A stretch of 64,000 nt of DNA from Eubacteriales bacterium (GTDB lineage: Bacteria; Bacillota; Clostridia; Oscillospirales; CAG-272), in contig JAZRIF010000212.1 of NCBI GenBank assembly GCA_045645165.1, positions 7,807 through 71,806 on the forward strand. Reading direction: 5' to 3'. The translations under genes were made by a program, and so were the position numbers. Positions 18,361-26,620 of this stretch are shown in pieces. Numbering within the stretch: the first letter of the stretch is position 1; each line of letters starts with the position of its first letter. The notes below the pieces were generated by a model that was not told where the DNA came from, ran no database searches, and saw nothing but the letters and a program-made list of their open reading frames with translations.

Positions 18361-20067
18361 TTAGGGGTTATTGCTTGATTTCATGGTTTTGATAGCTTCC
18401 GTAAGCTGGTTATCCAGCCCGTCGGGAAGCAGGTTGATGTTGTACTTGAGGGCTTCCTCGGAAAGCTCGACGGGGACGTCGGGCGTAATGCCGATGCCGT
18501 CATACCCTTCCCCACAGGGCGGGAAGTAGTGGGCGGTGGTGAGCTTCAGCGCGCCGTCGTAGCCATATCGGGCCAAAGAGAAGGTAGTCTGCATGGAGCC
18601 CTTACCATAGGTCTTGACGCCCACGATCTTGCCAAGCTTGTAATCCCGCATGTTGGCGGTGAAAAGCTCGGCGGCGGAGGCGGAATACTCGTTTACGATC
18701 AAAGAGAATTTGAGGTCACGGTACTTGCCGATATCTTCTTTCTTCAAAACACCGGATCCGCAAGTGACGACGCCCTCGGCGTTGACACCGATCTTGGTCA
18801 CAGACTCCCGTCCGGAGGAATCTTTGGTGGAGATCACGGTATCGCCCTCCTGCAAGAACAGGATCAGCACGTCCTCCACCGAAGTGAGAAGACCGCCGGG
18901 ATTATTCCGCAGATCGAAGACGAAATACTGACAGCCTTCTGCTTTCAGTGTTTCAACCGCATCGGTAAACTGTTCCAATGTGGTATTGTCAAAACTTAAC
19001 ATTTTAATAATACCCACGGTAGGATCCTCGGCGTGAACACGACCGATAACCGAGCGGGTGGTGAGCTTTTGGCGAATTGCCGTTATCTCAACTTCCTCAT
19101 AATCCACGCTCTCAGCTGCACCGACGGGACGGCGGTAGACCGTAAAGGAGCACTCGCTTCCCTCCTCACCCTTCATGCGGTTGAGGGCTTCGGTATAGCC
19201 AATGTCGTGAACCAGCGTTTTATCTTCTCCAGTTCCGACGAACACAATATGGTCGCCGGGCAGTACGCCTGCGGCTTCTGCAGGAGAATCGGGATAGACG
19301 TTGGCAACCGTAATCACTTGATAGGAAATGCCACTGATCTCGATGGTTGCGTTTACCACGCTGATACCAACGCCACACATTTCGCCGTTTTGACTACTGG
19401 TCTGATCCTTAAACTCTTCCTCCGTGAAGTACTCGGCGTACAGATCGCCGGTAGCGGCTACGTAGCCCTTCAGAACCGAAGCAATGATGGCATCGTCGTC
19501 CAGTTCCTCCAGCATAGTAGCGGAACGGAAGAGACGGTCGATCACGTCAAGCTCAGCAAACAGATCCTCCTCTTCGCTCCCCTGCCCGGGTTGGATGACG
19601 TTAGGAACGTCATTTTTCATATAAGCGGTAGTCAAGGAGAAGGTCAACAGCACAGCGAGGACTACCGAGGTTATCACGGTGGAGATCGCGGCGGTCAGGC
19701 TGATCTTCTTTCCTTCCTTGGGAGCAGGAGAAGACACGAAGCGGTCAGGGTTCTTACTTTCGGTAACCATTTCGGAGAAGGGCTCACTCGAACGGGTGGA
19801 AAATGTTGGCGGCACATCCGAAACTTTGTCAACGGACAGAGCCGGAAGCATCAAATCCAGCCCTTTGGCTGTCATGATTCGTGTGAGATCACGCTCTGCA
19901 AAAGGAATAAATTCCTCTTCAATCGTCAAAATCAGCTGTGCGGATTCCGCATCGGTCACGGCTACATGAACGTTGCGTACACCGCGCAAGCTCTCGCACG
20001 ATGCTGTCATTGCGGGAAGCATGGCTTCCGTAACCATGCCTTTTAATTGATAGGTAACTTGTTTCAT
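18361..20067 (-). CDS. S41-family C-terminal processing peptidase (Ctp-like) with PDZ domain and an N-terminal HMA-like domain lacking CxxC
   Basis: 568 aa. PDZ (PDSPAEAAGVLPGDHIVFV), S41 core (DLRNNPGGLL, NEYSASAAELF), one TM. N-terminal YQLKGMVTEAM...GVRNVHVAV resembles an HMA fold without the metal-binding cysteines. Confidence 0.85.
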   Translation of the reverse strand: MKQVTYQLKGMVTEAMLPAMTASCESLRGVRNVHVAVTDAESAQLILTIEEEFIPFAERDLTRIMTAKGLDLMLPALSVDKVSDVPPTFSTRSSEPFSEMVTESKNPDRFVSSPAPKEGKKISLTAAISTVITSVVLAVLLTFSLTTAYMKNDVPNVIQPGQGSEEEDLFAELDVIDRLFRSATMLEELDDDAIIASVLKGYVAATGDLYAEYFTEEEFKDQTSSQNGEMCGVGISVVNATIEISGISYQVITVANVYPDSPAEAAGVLPGDHIVFVGTGEDKTLVHDIGYTEALNRMKGEEGSECSFTVYRRPVGAAESVDYEEVEITAIRQKLTTRSVIGRVHAEDPTVGIIKMLSFDNTTLEQFTDAVETLKAEGCQYFVFDLRNNPGGLLTSVEDVLILFLQEGDTVISTKDSSGRESVTKIGVNAEGVVTCGSGVLKKEDIGKYRDLKFSLIVNEYSASAAELFTANMRDYKLGKIVGVKTYGKGSMQTTFSLARYGYDGALKLTTAHYFPPCGEGYDGIGITPDVPVELSEEALKYNINLLPDGLDNQLTEAIKTMKSSNNP

Positions 20068-20183
20068 ACTTGGTTTTCAATCCTTTGGCGCGATGATTGC
20101 GAACAGGGCTACATACATTGTATGTCGACTCAATCCTATTTATGCACAGAGTGCTCCTGTACCGTCAACGTACCGTCTTTTGC

Positions 20184-21269
20184 TCAAAACTTGCCGGGCT
20201 TGGAGCTGAGGTACTTCTTAACCATCAAAGCGACCTTGAAGGTAATAGCGTGCTCGAATTCGCGCAGATCCAGACCGGTGAGCTTGCGGATCTTTTCCAG
20301 GCGGTACACCAGAGTATTGCGGTGCACGAAAAGCTTACGAGAGGTCTCGGAAACGTTGAGGTTGTTCTCAAAGAAGCACTGAATGGTCATGAGTGTCTCA
20401 CGATCCAAGGATTCCAAGCTTCCCTTCTTGAAGACCTCCTGAAGGAACATTTCGCAAAGAGTGGTGGGAAGCTGGTAGATCAGACGGCCGATACCGAGGT
20501 TCTCATAGCTGACAACACTCTTCTCATTTTCAAAGACCTTACCAACATCCAGCGCAATCTGAGCCTCCTTGTATGCGCGAGCCAGATCCTTGATGTTCTC
20601 GACAATGGTAGAAACACCAACGGTTACCTTGGTGTAAAATTCGGAAGACATCGTATCTACGATGTTCGTAGCCACCTTCTCCATCTCTCTGTTCTCTGCA
20701 CCGGGCTTAACTTCCTTGACCAAGACAATATCATGCTCACCAACGCTGATGACATAGTCACGAGCCTTGTCGGGGAACATATTCTGAAGCATCTCAAAGG
20801 GCATCATGTCGGTCTTGCCCGAGAACTTGACCAGGAACACCACGCGGGATTCCTCGGCGTTGAAATGCAGCTCCTTAGACTTGATGTAAATATCGGAAGG
20901 AAGGATGTTATCCAAAATGATATTCTTGATAAAGGAACCCTTGTCGTACTTCTCGTCATACAGGTTCTTGATATTTCCGAGAGCCACGCAGAGCAGGCGG
21001 GAGGTCTTATCGGCCTCAGAGTCTTCACCTTCTACGAAAACAACGTACTCGCGCTTGGTACCGCCGGACAGAGGACGATAGGTATATCCACCCGACACAA
21101 CGATATCGGTGGTATACGCCAATTCATCCCGAATGGCCTGACGCACTTCGCCAATTTTAACGAGCTCGGAGCAGGCAATTACGACACCGGTCTCATCGAT
21201 GACACCAATGGTACGGTCAACCGCTTCCTTCATTTGATGGATCACGCTTTGAAACAGTCTGTTAGACAT
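20184..21269 (-). CDS. PucR/CdaR-family transcriptional regulator
   Basis: 361 aa with a C-terminal PucR-type HTH (ETSRKLFVHRNTLVYRLEKIRKLTGLDLREFEH). Confidence 0.85.
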   Translation of the reverse strand: MSNRLFQSVIHQMKEAVDRTIGVIDETGVVIACSELVKIGEVRQAIRDELAYTTDIVVSGGYTYRPLSGGTKREYVVFVEGEDSEADKTSRLLCVALGNIKNLYDEKYDKGSFIKNIILDNILPSDIYIKSKELHFNAEESRVVFLVKFSGKTDMMPFEMLQNMFPDKARDYVISVGEHDIVLVKEVKPGAENREMEKVATNIVDTMSSEFYTKVTVGVSTIVENIKDLARAYKEAQIALDVGKVFENEKSVVSYENLGIGRLIYQLPTTLCEMFLQEVFKKGSLESLDRETLMTIQCFFENNLNVSETSRKLFVHRNTLVYRLEKIRKLTGLDLREFEHAITFKVALMVKKYLSSKPGKF

Positions 21270-21354
21270 AGACTTTTACCTCTCTTTGTTTATTTGCTTC
21301 ATAAAATAAATATACATATCCGCCGCGCGGAATCGGGTACAGGAAAAAACAGGA

Positions 21355-22116
21355 TTACAACTCCAAAGCATAAATAAGGCAGCTTAAGACGAATCCGGAA
21401 GCAGTTTCGGTTCGAAGGATTCGTTTGCCGAGCCCCGTCATACACGCATTCAGGTCACGGGCTGCACCAGCTTCCTCAGGTGAAAAGCCGCCCTCGCTGC
21501 CAACAAAAATAGCGATTTCGGGTTTTCTTCCATTCTGTTCCGCTTGCTCAAGAACAGGACGTGCTTGCGCCAACACCGACGGCAGAGGAGTCACGCCATC
21601 GCCTTCGTAGCAGAACAGAATCAAATCTTTTCCTTCTGCCATCCGAAGAGCCTGCTCGTACGTAACTATTGGTCTTACAACGGGGATGACCCCTCGCCCG
21701 CACTGCTTAGCTGCTTCCTCGGCAATACGGCATCGGCGCTCGGTTTTTCGCGCTTCTGCTTCGGGCTTGGCACGTACAATGCAACGACTGCTCTCAAAAG
21801 GGATTACCTCAGTAACGCCACACTCCACAGCTTTCTGGATGATCGTGTCCAGTTTGTCGCCCTTTGGAAGAGCTTGATAGAGGCAAGCGAGAAAAGGGGG
21901 CTCTGTATCCACAGGATTGGATGACAGGATCTGCGCCACAGCGGTTTCGCTATCGAAGGAAATCATTTCACACAGGTATGCGGTCTTCTGATCGCACACC
22001 TTGATCCTGTCTCCCGGAGCAAGCCGTAAAGAGTAGGATGCGTGGCGGGCATTATCGCCCGTCAAAATGATTCTGTCACCCTGTATAGCGGATGGCTCCA
22101 CAAAAAAGCGAGGCAT
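21355..22116 (-). CDS. rsmE: 16S rRNA (uracil1498-N3)-methyltransferase RsmE
   Basis: MPRFFVEPSAI...GDNARHASYSLRL N-terminus and C-terminal LGKRILRTETA are typical of RsmE. Start is the ATG at 22116 with RBS ggaaggag. Confidence 0.9.
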   Translation of the reverse strand: MPRFFVEPSAIQGDRIILTGDNARHASYSLRLAPGDRIKVCDQKTAYLCEMISFDSETAVAQILSSNPVDTEPPFLACLYQALPKGDKLDTIIQKAVECGVTEVIPFESSRCIVRAKPEAEARKTERRCRIAEEAAKQCGRGVIPVVRPIVTYEQALRMAEGKDLILFCYEGDGVTPLPSVLAQARPVLEQAEQNGRKPEIAIFVGSEGGFSPEEAGAARDLNACMTGLGKRILRTETASGFVLSCLIYALEL

Positions 22117-22272
22117 ATTCCAACTCCTTCCCTTCAGATAACAGAAAAACCGACAGAAAACCCGACTTAACAAGCAAACGCGAGTAAAATCGGGAGGGGT
22201 TCAGTCAAATTGACAAGCCCTCTGTGAGGCATAGTAACAATTCACAAAGGTTTTGTTCATGTTTATGAAAAT

Positions 22273-22301
22273 AATATACCACAAAATCACCAATTTGTCA
22301 A
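22273..22301 (-). promoter_or_regulatory. Sigma-A promoter (extended -10) upstream of rsmE
   Basis: On the minus strand: TTGACA, a 17-nt spacer, then TGgTATATT. The 5' UTR would be about 150 nt. Confidence 0.55.
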
Positions 22302-22415
22302 CAGTCTTTTTGTGATTTTGGGCAAGAAAGGTGTCAATATTTACAATTTCTTCTTATTTACCCCGAGAGGCGGGGGCAAAAGTCCCAAAGTTGACGGTTG
22401 GTGATTTTGTGGTAT
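22276..22415. repeat. Perfect 18-nt inverted repeat TTGGTGATTTTGTGGTAT embedded in two promoter-like contexts
   Basis: Minus-strand copy at 22276-22293 and plus-strand copy at 22398-22415. Both are preceded by TTGAC and followed by TAT. Confidence 0.8.
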
Positions 22416-22458
22416 GGCATGTATGGGATGTGCAAGTTGCCTCAATGAAGGAAAGTTA

Positions 22459-23718
22459 TCAATATTTTTTCTTTGGCGGGAAAGGTCGATCGTTTCGCGG
22501 ACCGTAGGGCTTACGGTCGCCATTTTTGAAATCCGGGCGTTTATCGGATTTACGGTCAAAAATCTCTTTAGCGGTACGCTGGCCTTCCGTGCGGGCCTCC
22601 GCCGGCTTGAAATACTCGTATAGGTAACATGGAAGCATGCCGTTGTAGAGCTTCTTCACCTTGTCAGCGCGCTGACCGTAGAGACGGTCGAAGCGGTCAC
22701 AAGAAGTCAGAACGTAGATCTGCCAAGGATACAAGGCTTTGAATGATCCACCGAGCTGTTGGTACAGACGTTCTATCTCCTCCCGTTCACCCATGCGTTC
22801 GCCGTAAGGAGGATTGCAGACCACGGTTCCCTTTCGGTCTTCCTTCTTGATCTTGCGGGCATCGGCTTGGAAAATGTTGAGATATTCTTCCACCCCTGCA
22901 CGCAGTGCATTTTCGTATGTGATGTCCAGGATGTCCTCATCGATATCCGAGGCGTAGACCTCAAACTTGCAGTCGGTGCGGATCTTTGCCTGTGCTTCCT
23001 CGCGGGCGGCATCCCAGAGGGGCTTGGGGATATTGGTAAATTCCTCTCCCGCAAAGCTCCGTCCCAGGCCGGGTGCACGGCCGCTGACAATCATGGCAGC
23101 TTCAATGGCGATGGTGCCCGAACCGCAGAAGGGATCCCAGAAGAGGATATCTTCGCGGGGACGGGCAGTCAGGGCCAATGCCGCCGCCAGCGTCTCGCGC
23201 AAGGGGGCAGCGCCTGCCTCGGGACGATAGCCGCGTTTGTGGAGAGCCACGCCCGATGTGTCGATCATAAGGGCGGCCACATCTTTAAAGATGAAGAATT
23301 CGATTTGATATTTTGCTCCCGTTTCTTCAAACCAGGAGATGCCGTACTTCTCGCGGAGGCGCTCCACCACGGCTTTCTTCACGATGCTCTGGCAATCGGG
23401 CAGAGAGGTCAGGCCGCTCTTGATGGAGTGACCCTTCACGGGGAAGGCGTCGGCACGTCCGATCCACTCCTCCCAAGGGAGAGCTTTTGTTCCGTCAAAC
23501 AACTCGGTAAAACTGCGAGCCGGGAACAGGCCGAGACGGATAAACACGCGTTCCGCACAGCGCAGGGCGATGTTGGCGCGGGGGATGTCGATCTCCTCGC
23601 CTTCAAAGGTCACACGCCCGTCCATGGTGTCCAGGCGTTTCAGGCCAAGGGCGTCGATCTCCTCGCCGAGGAGCTTTTCCAGGCCGAACATACAGGTGGC
23701 TACAAGAGTCAGTTTCAT
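22459..23718 (-). CDS. THUMP-domain class I SAM-dependent RNA methyltransferase (RlmL/YpsC-like)
   Basis: 419 aa. N-terminal THUMP-like region, DPFCGSGTIAIEAA SAM motif, and a catalytic NPPYGERMG motif. The C-terminal tail is basic. Confidence 0.85.
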   Translation of the reverse strand: MKLTLVATCMFGLEKLLGEEIDALGLKRLDTMDGRVTFEGEEIDIPRANIALRCAERVFIRLGLFPARSFTELFDGTKALPWEEWIGRADAFPVKGHSIKSGLTSLPDCQSIVKKAVVERLREKYGISWFEETGAKYQIEFFIFKDVAALMIDTSGVALHKRGYRPEAGAAPLRETLAAALALTARPREDILFWDPFCGSGTIAIEAAMIVSGRAPGLGRSFAGEEFTNIPKPLWDAAREEAQAKIRTDCKFEVYASDIDEDILDITYENALRAGVEEYLNIFQADARKIKKEDRKGTVVCNPPYGERMGEREEIERLYQQLGGSFKALYPWQIYVLTSCDRFDRLYGQRADKVKKLYNGMLPCYLYEYFKPAEARTEGQRTAKEIFDRKSDKRPDFKNGDRKPYGPRNDRPFPPKKKY

Positions 23719-23859
23719 TTCGTTTCCTTTCGGTTGTGGGAATTGAGTTGTATTCTTGAAAGATTCACAGAAATTTCATAAAAGTGCAAACAAATTGACT
23801 TTGGGATGACACAGAGAGGGTGTATACTGTATCATGCAAATCAGCTAAGGAAGTGCATC

Positions 23860-25806
23860 ATGAAAAAAAACCTCCTCCGCGTCATCTGCGCCGCTCTGAT
23901 CCTCTCAACAGCGGCTTCGGTCTCGGCTTGTCGAAGGGATCTAAGCGGTGATCCCGCCGATCCCCCGTCTCTTGGCGGCTCCGTCACGGTGGACGGCGTG
24001 GAGATCACCCCCTCAACGGGGAACGCCGACATGACCGCAGAACCTCAAACGGCCCCCGTCACCACTCCCGCCGAAGATCCCGCCGTGGGAGACTACACCC
24101 CCACGGGAGAAACGGTCATCGATCTGGGAGAGACCATTAATATTGAAGGGGACGGTGCGACCGTCGAAGGCACCACCGTCACCGTGACCCGCGCGGGAAG
24201 CTATCTGATCAGCGGTACGCTGGCCGACGGGCAGATCATCGTAGACACCGCCGACGAGAGCAAGGTGACCCTGATGCTCAACGGTGCTTCCCTGTCCTGC
24301 ACCCACGGACCTGCGATCTACGTCAAATCCGCCCCCAAGAAGGTGGTGATCTTCACCGCAGAGAACTCGGTGAATATTCTTTCCGACGGCGTGGGCTACG
24401 TGATCCCCGACGAGGAGCAGGTGGAGGGCGAGGTCTACCCCAACGCCTGTATCTATTCCTGTGAGGATCTGGAGCTGAACGGCGGCGGCGAGCTTCACAT
24501 CAAGGGCAACGCCGACAAGGGCATCAATACCAAGGACGATCTGAAGATCAAGAGCGGTACCGTTACCGTTACCTCGGTGGGTGCAGGCATCCGCGCCAAC
24601 GATTCTTTGGAGATGAGCGGCGGCACCGTCACCGTCAACGCAGGCGGGGACGGCGTGAAGACCGCCAACACCGAAGCCACGGGCAAGGGTTATCTTACGG
24701 TAACCGACGGTGCCCTCTATATCACCGCCAAGGGTGACGGACTCTCGGCGGCTACCGACCTCACGGTCAGCGGTGGCAACATGGTGTTGACCACCACCGA
24801 TACCGACGGAGTGGTGCTGAAGGAATTCGAAGGAAACCCCACAAGCGGCTCCATGGGCGGAGGCTTCGGCAGACCCGGCGGTATGATGGGGGAAAGCTCG
24901 GCTGACAAGGCCGCCATCAGCGCAAAGGGTCTGAAGGCCGCAGGGAATCTCACGGTCAGCGGCGGGAAGATCACCATTGTGGCGCAGGACGACGGCATTC
25001 ACAGCGATACCAACGTGCATATTTCCAACGGTATGATCCACATCCGCGCCGCGGACGACGGCATTCATGCCGAGAAGGAGCTGACCGTCAGCGGCGGCGT
25101 ACTGACCGTTGCCCAGAGCTTTGAGGGTCTGGAGGCTCTGCACATCAACGTTTTGGGCGGTACCAACCGCATCACGGCCTCCGACGACGGCGCGAACGCC
25201 ACGAACGGCATGGGCGGTGGATTCGGCGGCCCCGGAGGAACACCTCCCGGAGGCTTCCCGGGCGGAAGACCTCGGAGCGGGGACACAGAGACCACCTCCA
25301 CCGACACCCCTCTTTTGAACTTCGCAGGGGGCTACAACGTCTTCGACGCGGGCGGTGACGGCATTGACTCCAACGGAAACATTGTCATCACGGGGGGTAC
25401 GGTGATCGTATACGGCCCCACCGACAACGGCAACGGTCCCATTGATTCGGGCGACGGAAATTACAGTGTCACCGTATCGGGCGGTATGCTACTCGCTGTT
25501 GGCAGCAGCGGCATGGCCGAGTCCGCCGAGAATGGGGGGCAAGCGGTGCTGGCTGCCTCTTGGCGCAGTACGGGGCTTTCTGCAGGCGAGATCGTCGGCA
25601 TTGCGGACAAGGATGGCAACGTCATCGCGGCCTTTCAGTTGCCCAAGGCCATTTCCTCCATCGTCTTCAGCTCGGCTGATCTGACGGCGGGGGCTACCTA
25701 CTCCATCGTGGGAGGCGGTTCGGCCACGGGGACGAATGCGGACGGCGTGATCGATCCTGCGACTTATACGGGGTATGAATCGATGGGTGAGATCGAGGCG
25801 TATTGA
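23860..25806 (+). CDS. Secreted lipoprotein with repetitive beta-helix carbohydrate-binding-type domain (Cthe_2159/DUF4353-like, tentative)
   Basis: Start at the ATG at 23860 (RBS aaggaag). Lipobox: MKKNLLRVICAALILSTAASVSAC. Repeated GxxxIxxxGDGI/DDGIH turns (DDGIHSD, DDGIHAE, GDGIDSNG). Gly/Pro-rich linkers. Confidence 0.7.
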   Translation: MKKNLLRVICAALILSTAASVSACRRDLSGDPADPPSLGGSVTVDGVEITPSTGNADMTAEPQTAPVTTPAEDPAVGDYTPTGETVIDLGETINIEGDGATVEGTTVTVTRAGSYLISGTLADGQIIVDTADESKVTLMLNGASLSCTHGPAIYVKSAPKKVVIFTAENSVNILSDGVGYVIPDEEQVEGEVYPNACIYSCEDLELNGGGELHIKGNADKGINTKDDLKIKSGTVTVTSVGAGIRANDSLEMSGGTVTVNAGGDGVKTANTEATGKGYLTVTDGALYITAKGDGLSAATDLTVSGGNMVLTTTDTDGVVLKEFEGNPTSGSMGGGFGRPGGMMGESSADKAAISAKGLKAAGNLTVSGGKITIVAQDDGIHSDTNVHISNGMIHIRAADDGIHAEKELTVSGGVLTVAQSFEGLEALHINVLGGTNRITASDDGANATNGMGGGFGGPGGTPPGGFPGGRPRSGDTETTSTDTPLLNFAGGYNVFDAGGDGIDSNGNIVITGGTVIVYGPTDNGNGPIDSGDGNYSVTVSGGMLLAVGSSGMAESAENGGQAVLAASWRSTGLSAGEIVGIADKDGNVIAAFQLPKAISSIVFSSADLTAGATYSIVGGGSATGTNADGVIDPATYTGYESMGEIEAY

Positions 25807-25812
25807 TATAAC

Positions 25813-25851
25813 TTTTTTCAGGGCGATCCCCGCGGGGATCGCCCTTTTTTC
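25813..25851. terminator. Bidirectional rho-independent terminator
   Basis: tttttt-ca-GGGCGATCCCCGCGGGGATCGCCC-tttttt. The perfect 24-nt palindrome lies between convergent genes ending at 25806 (+) and 25865 (-). Confidence 0.85.
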
Positions 25852-25864
25852 TATGTGGTTGGGA

Positions 25865-26620
25865 TCAGCGGAACCACTTCCCGACCGCAACGCCGGCCTC
25901 ATCGTGGAAGCCAATGCGCAGGATGCGGTACCATACCTCGTCCAGCGCACCGTCCTCGGGGAGAATGCCCAGTTTATCCCGCATAGCCTTGATGAGATAC
26001 TCGGGATTGAGGTTTTCGGTGTTGCCAGCGCGGAGGGTGGCGCGGAGCTTGATGAGCCCGTCGGCGGCCACGGCCTTGACTGAATGGATCATGGGGAGGA
26101 TGTTGACCTCCTTGTCACCCGACTTGGAACGCTTGGTCATGACGATGGGCTCTGCGTCGGGGGCGAAGATGCTATTGATGGAGCTTGCGATCTCAACGGG
26201 GTCACCGGGGGTCTTGATGGTCATTTGGTAGGTGCCCCACGCGATATCCGAGAAGGCGGTCTTGGGGATATAGACCTCGGAAACCTGCATTTCATCTGTC
26301 AGCTCGGCGTTGAGCTGAGCCTTGATCTCGGCGGGCGTGATCTCACGGTCGATACGGAGATCCACCATCTCCTCCATGCCCTCGGAGCCTACGGGCAGGG
26401 GCACGCCGAAAACGATCTTACTGTGGGGGTTAAAGCCCTGCGTATACCACATGGGGATGGAGGCGCGGACAAGGACTCTCTGCCACGTGCGCTGGAGGTC
26501 GAGGTGGGAGAAGTACTGGAGGTTGCCCGTCTTCCGGAATACCACACGCACCGTAATGGGCGCGTCCAGCATGGGGCGGTCAAACTTGGAAATACGGTTC
26601 AGTTTTTCTTGGGACAGCAT
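25865..26620 (-). CDS. TIGR03936-family radical-SAM-associated protein (DUF2344)
   Basis: 251 aa. VRVVFRKTGNLQYFSHLDLQRTWQRVLVRASIP and GFNPHSKIVFGVPLPVG match the family as I remember it. There is a strong RBS (gggaggtga) and a 22-nt overlap with the upstream rSAM gene. Confidence 0.85.
   Translation of the reverse strand: MLSQEKLNRISKFDRPMLDAPITVRVVFRKTGNLQYFSHLDLQRTWQRVLVRASIPMWYTQGFNPHSKIVFGVPLPVGSEGMEEMVDLRIDREITPAEIKAQLNAELTDEMQVSEVYIPKTAFSDIAWGTYQMTIKTPGDPVEIASSINSIFAPDAEPIVMTKRSKSGDKEVNILPMIHSVKAVAADGLIKLRATLRAGNTENLNPEYLIKAMRDKLGILPEDGALDEVWYRILRIGFHDEAGVAVGKWFR

Noticed and set aside
24013-25143. 376-aa - strand ORF
   Set aside because: It is antisense to the lipoprotein gene, which has a signal peptide/lipobox and repeated DDGIH turns.
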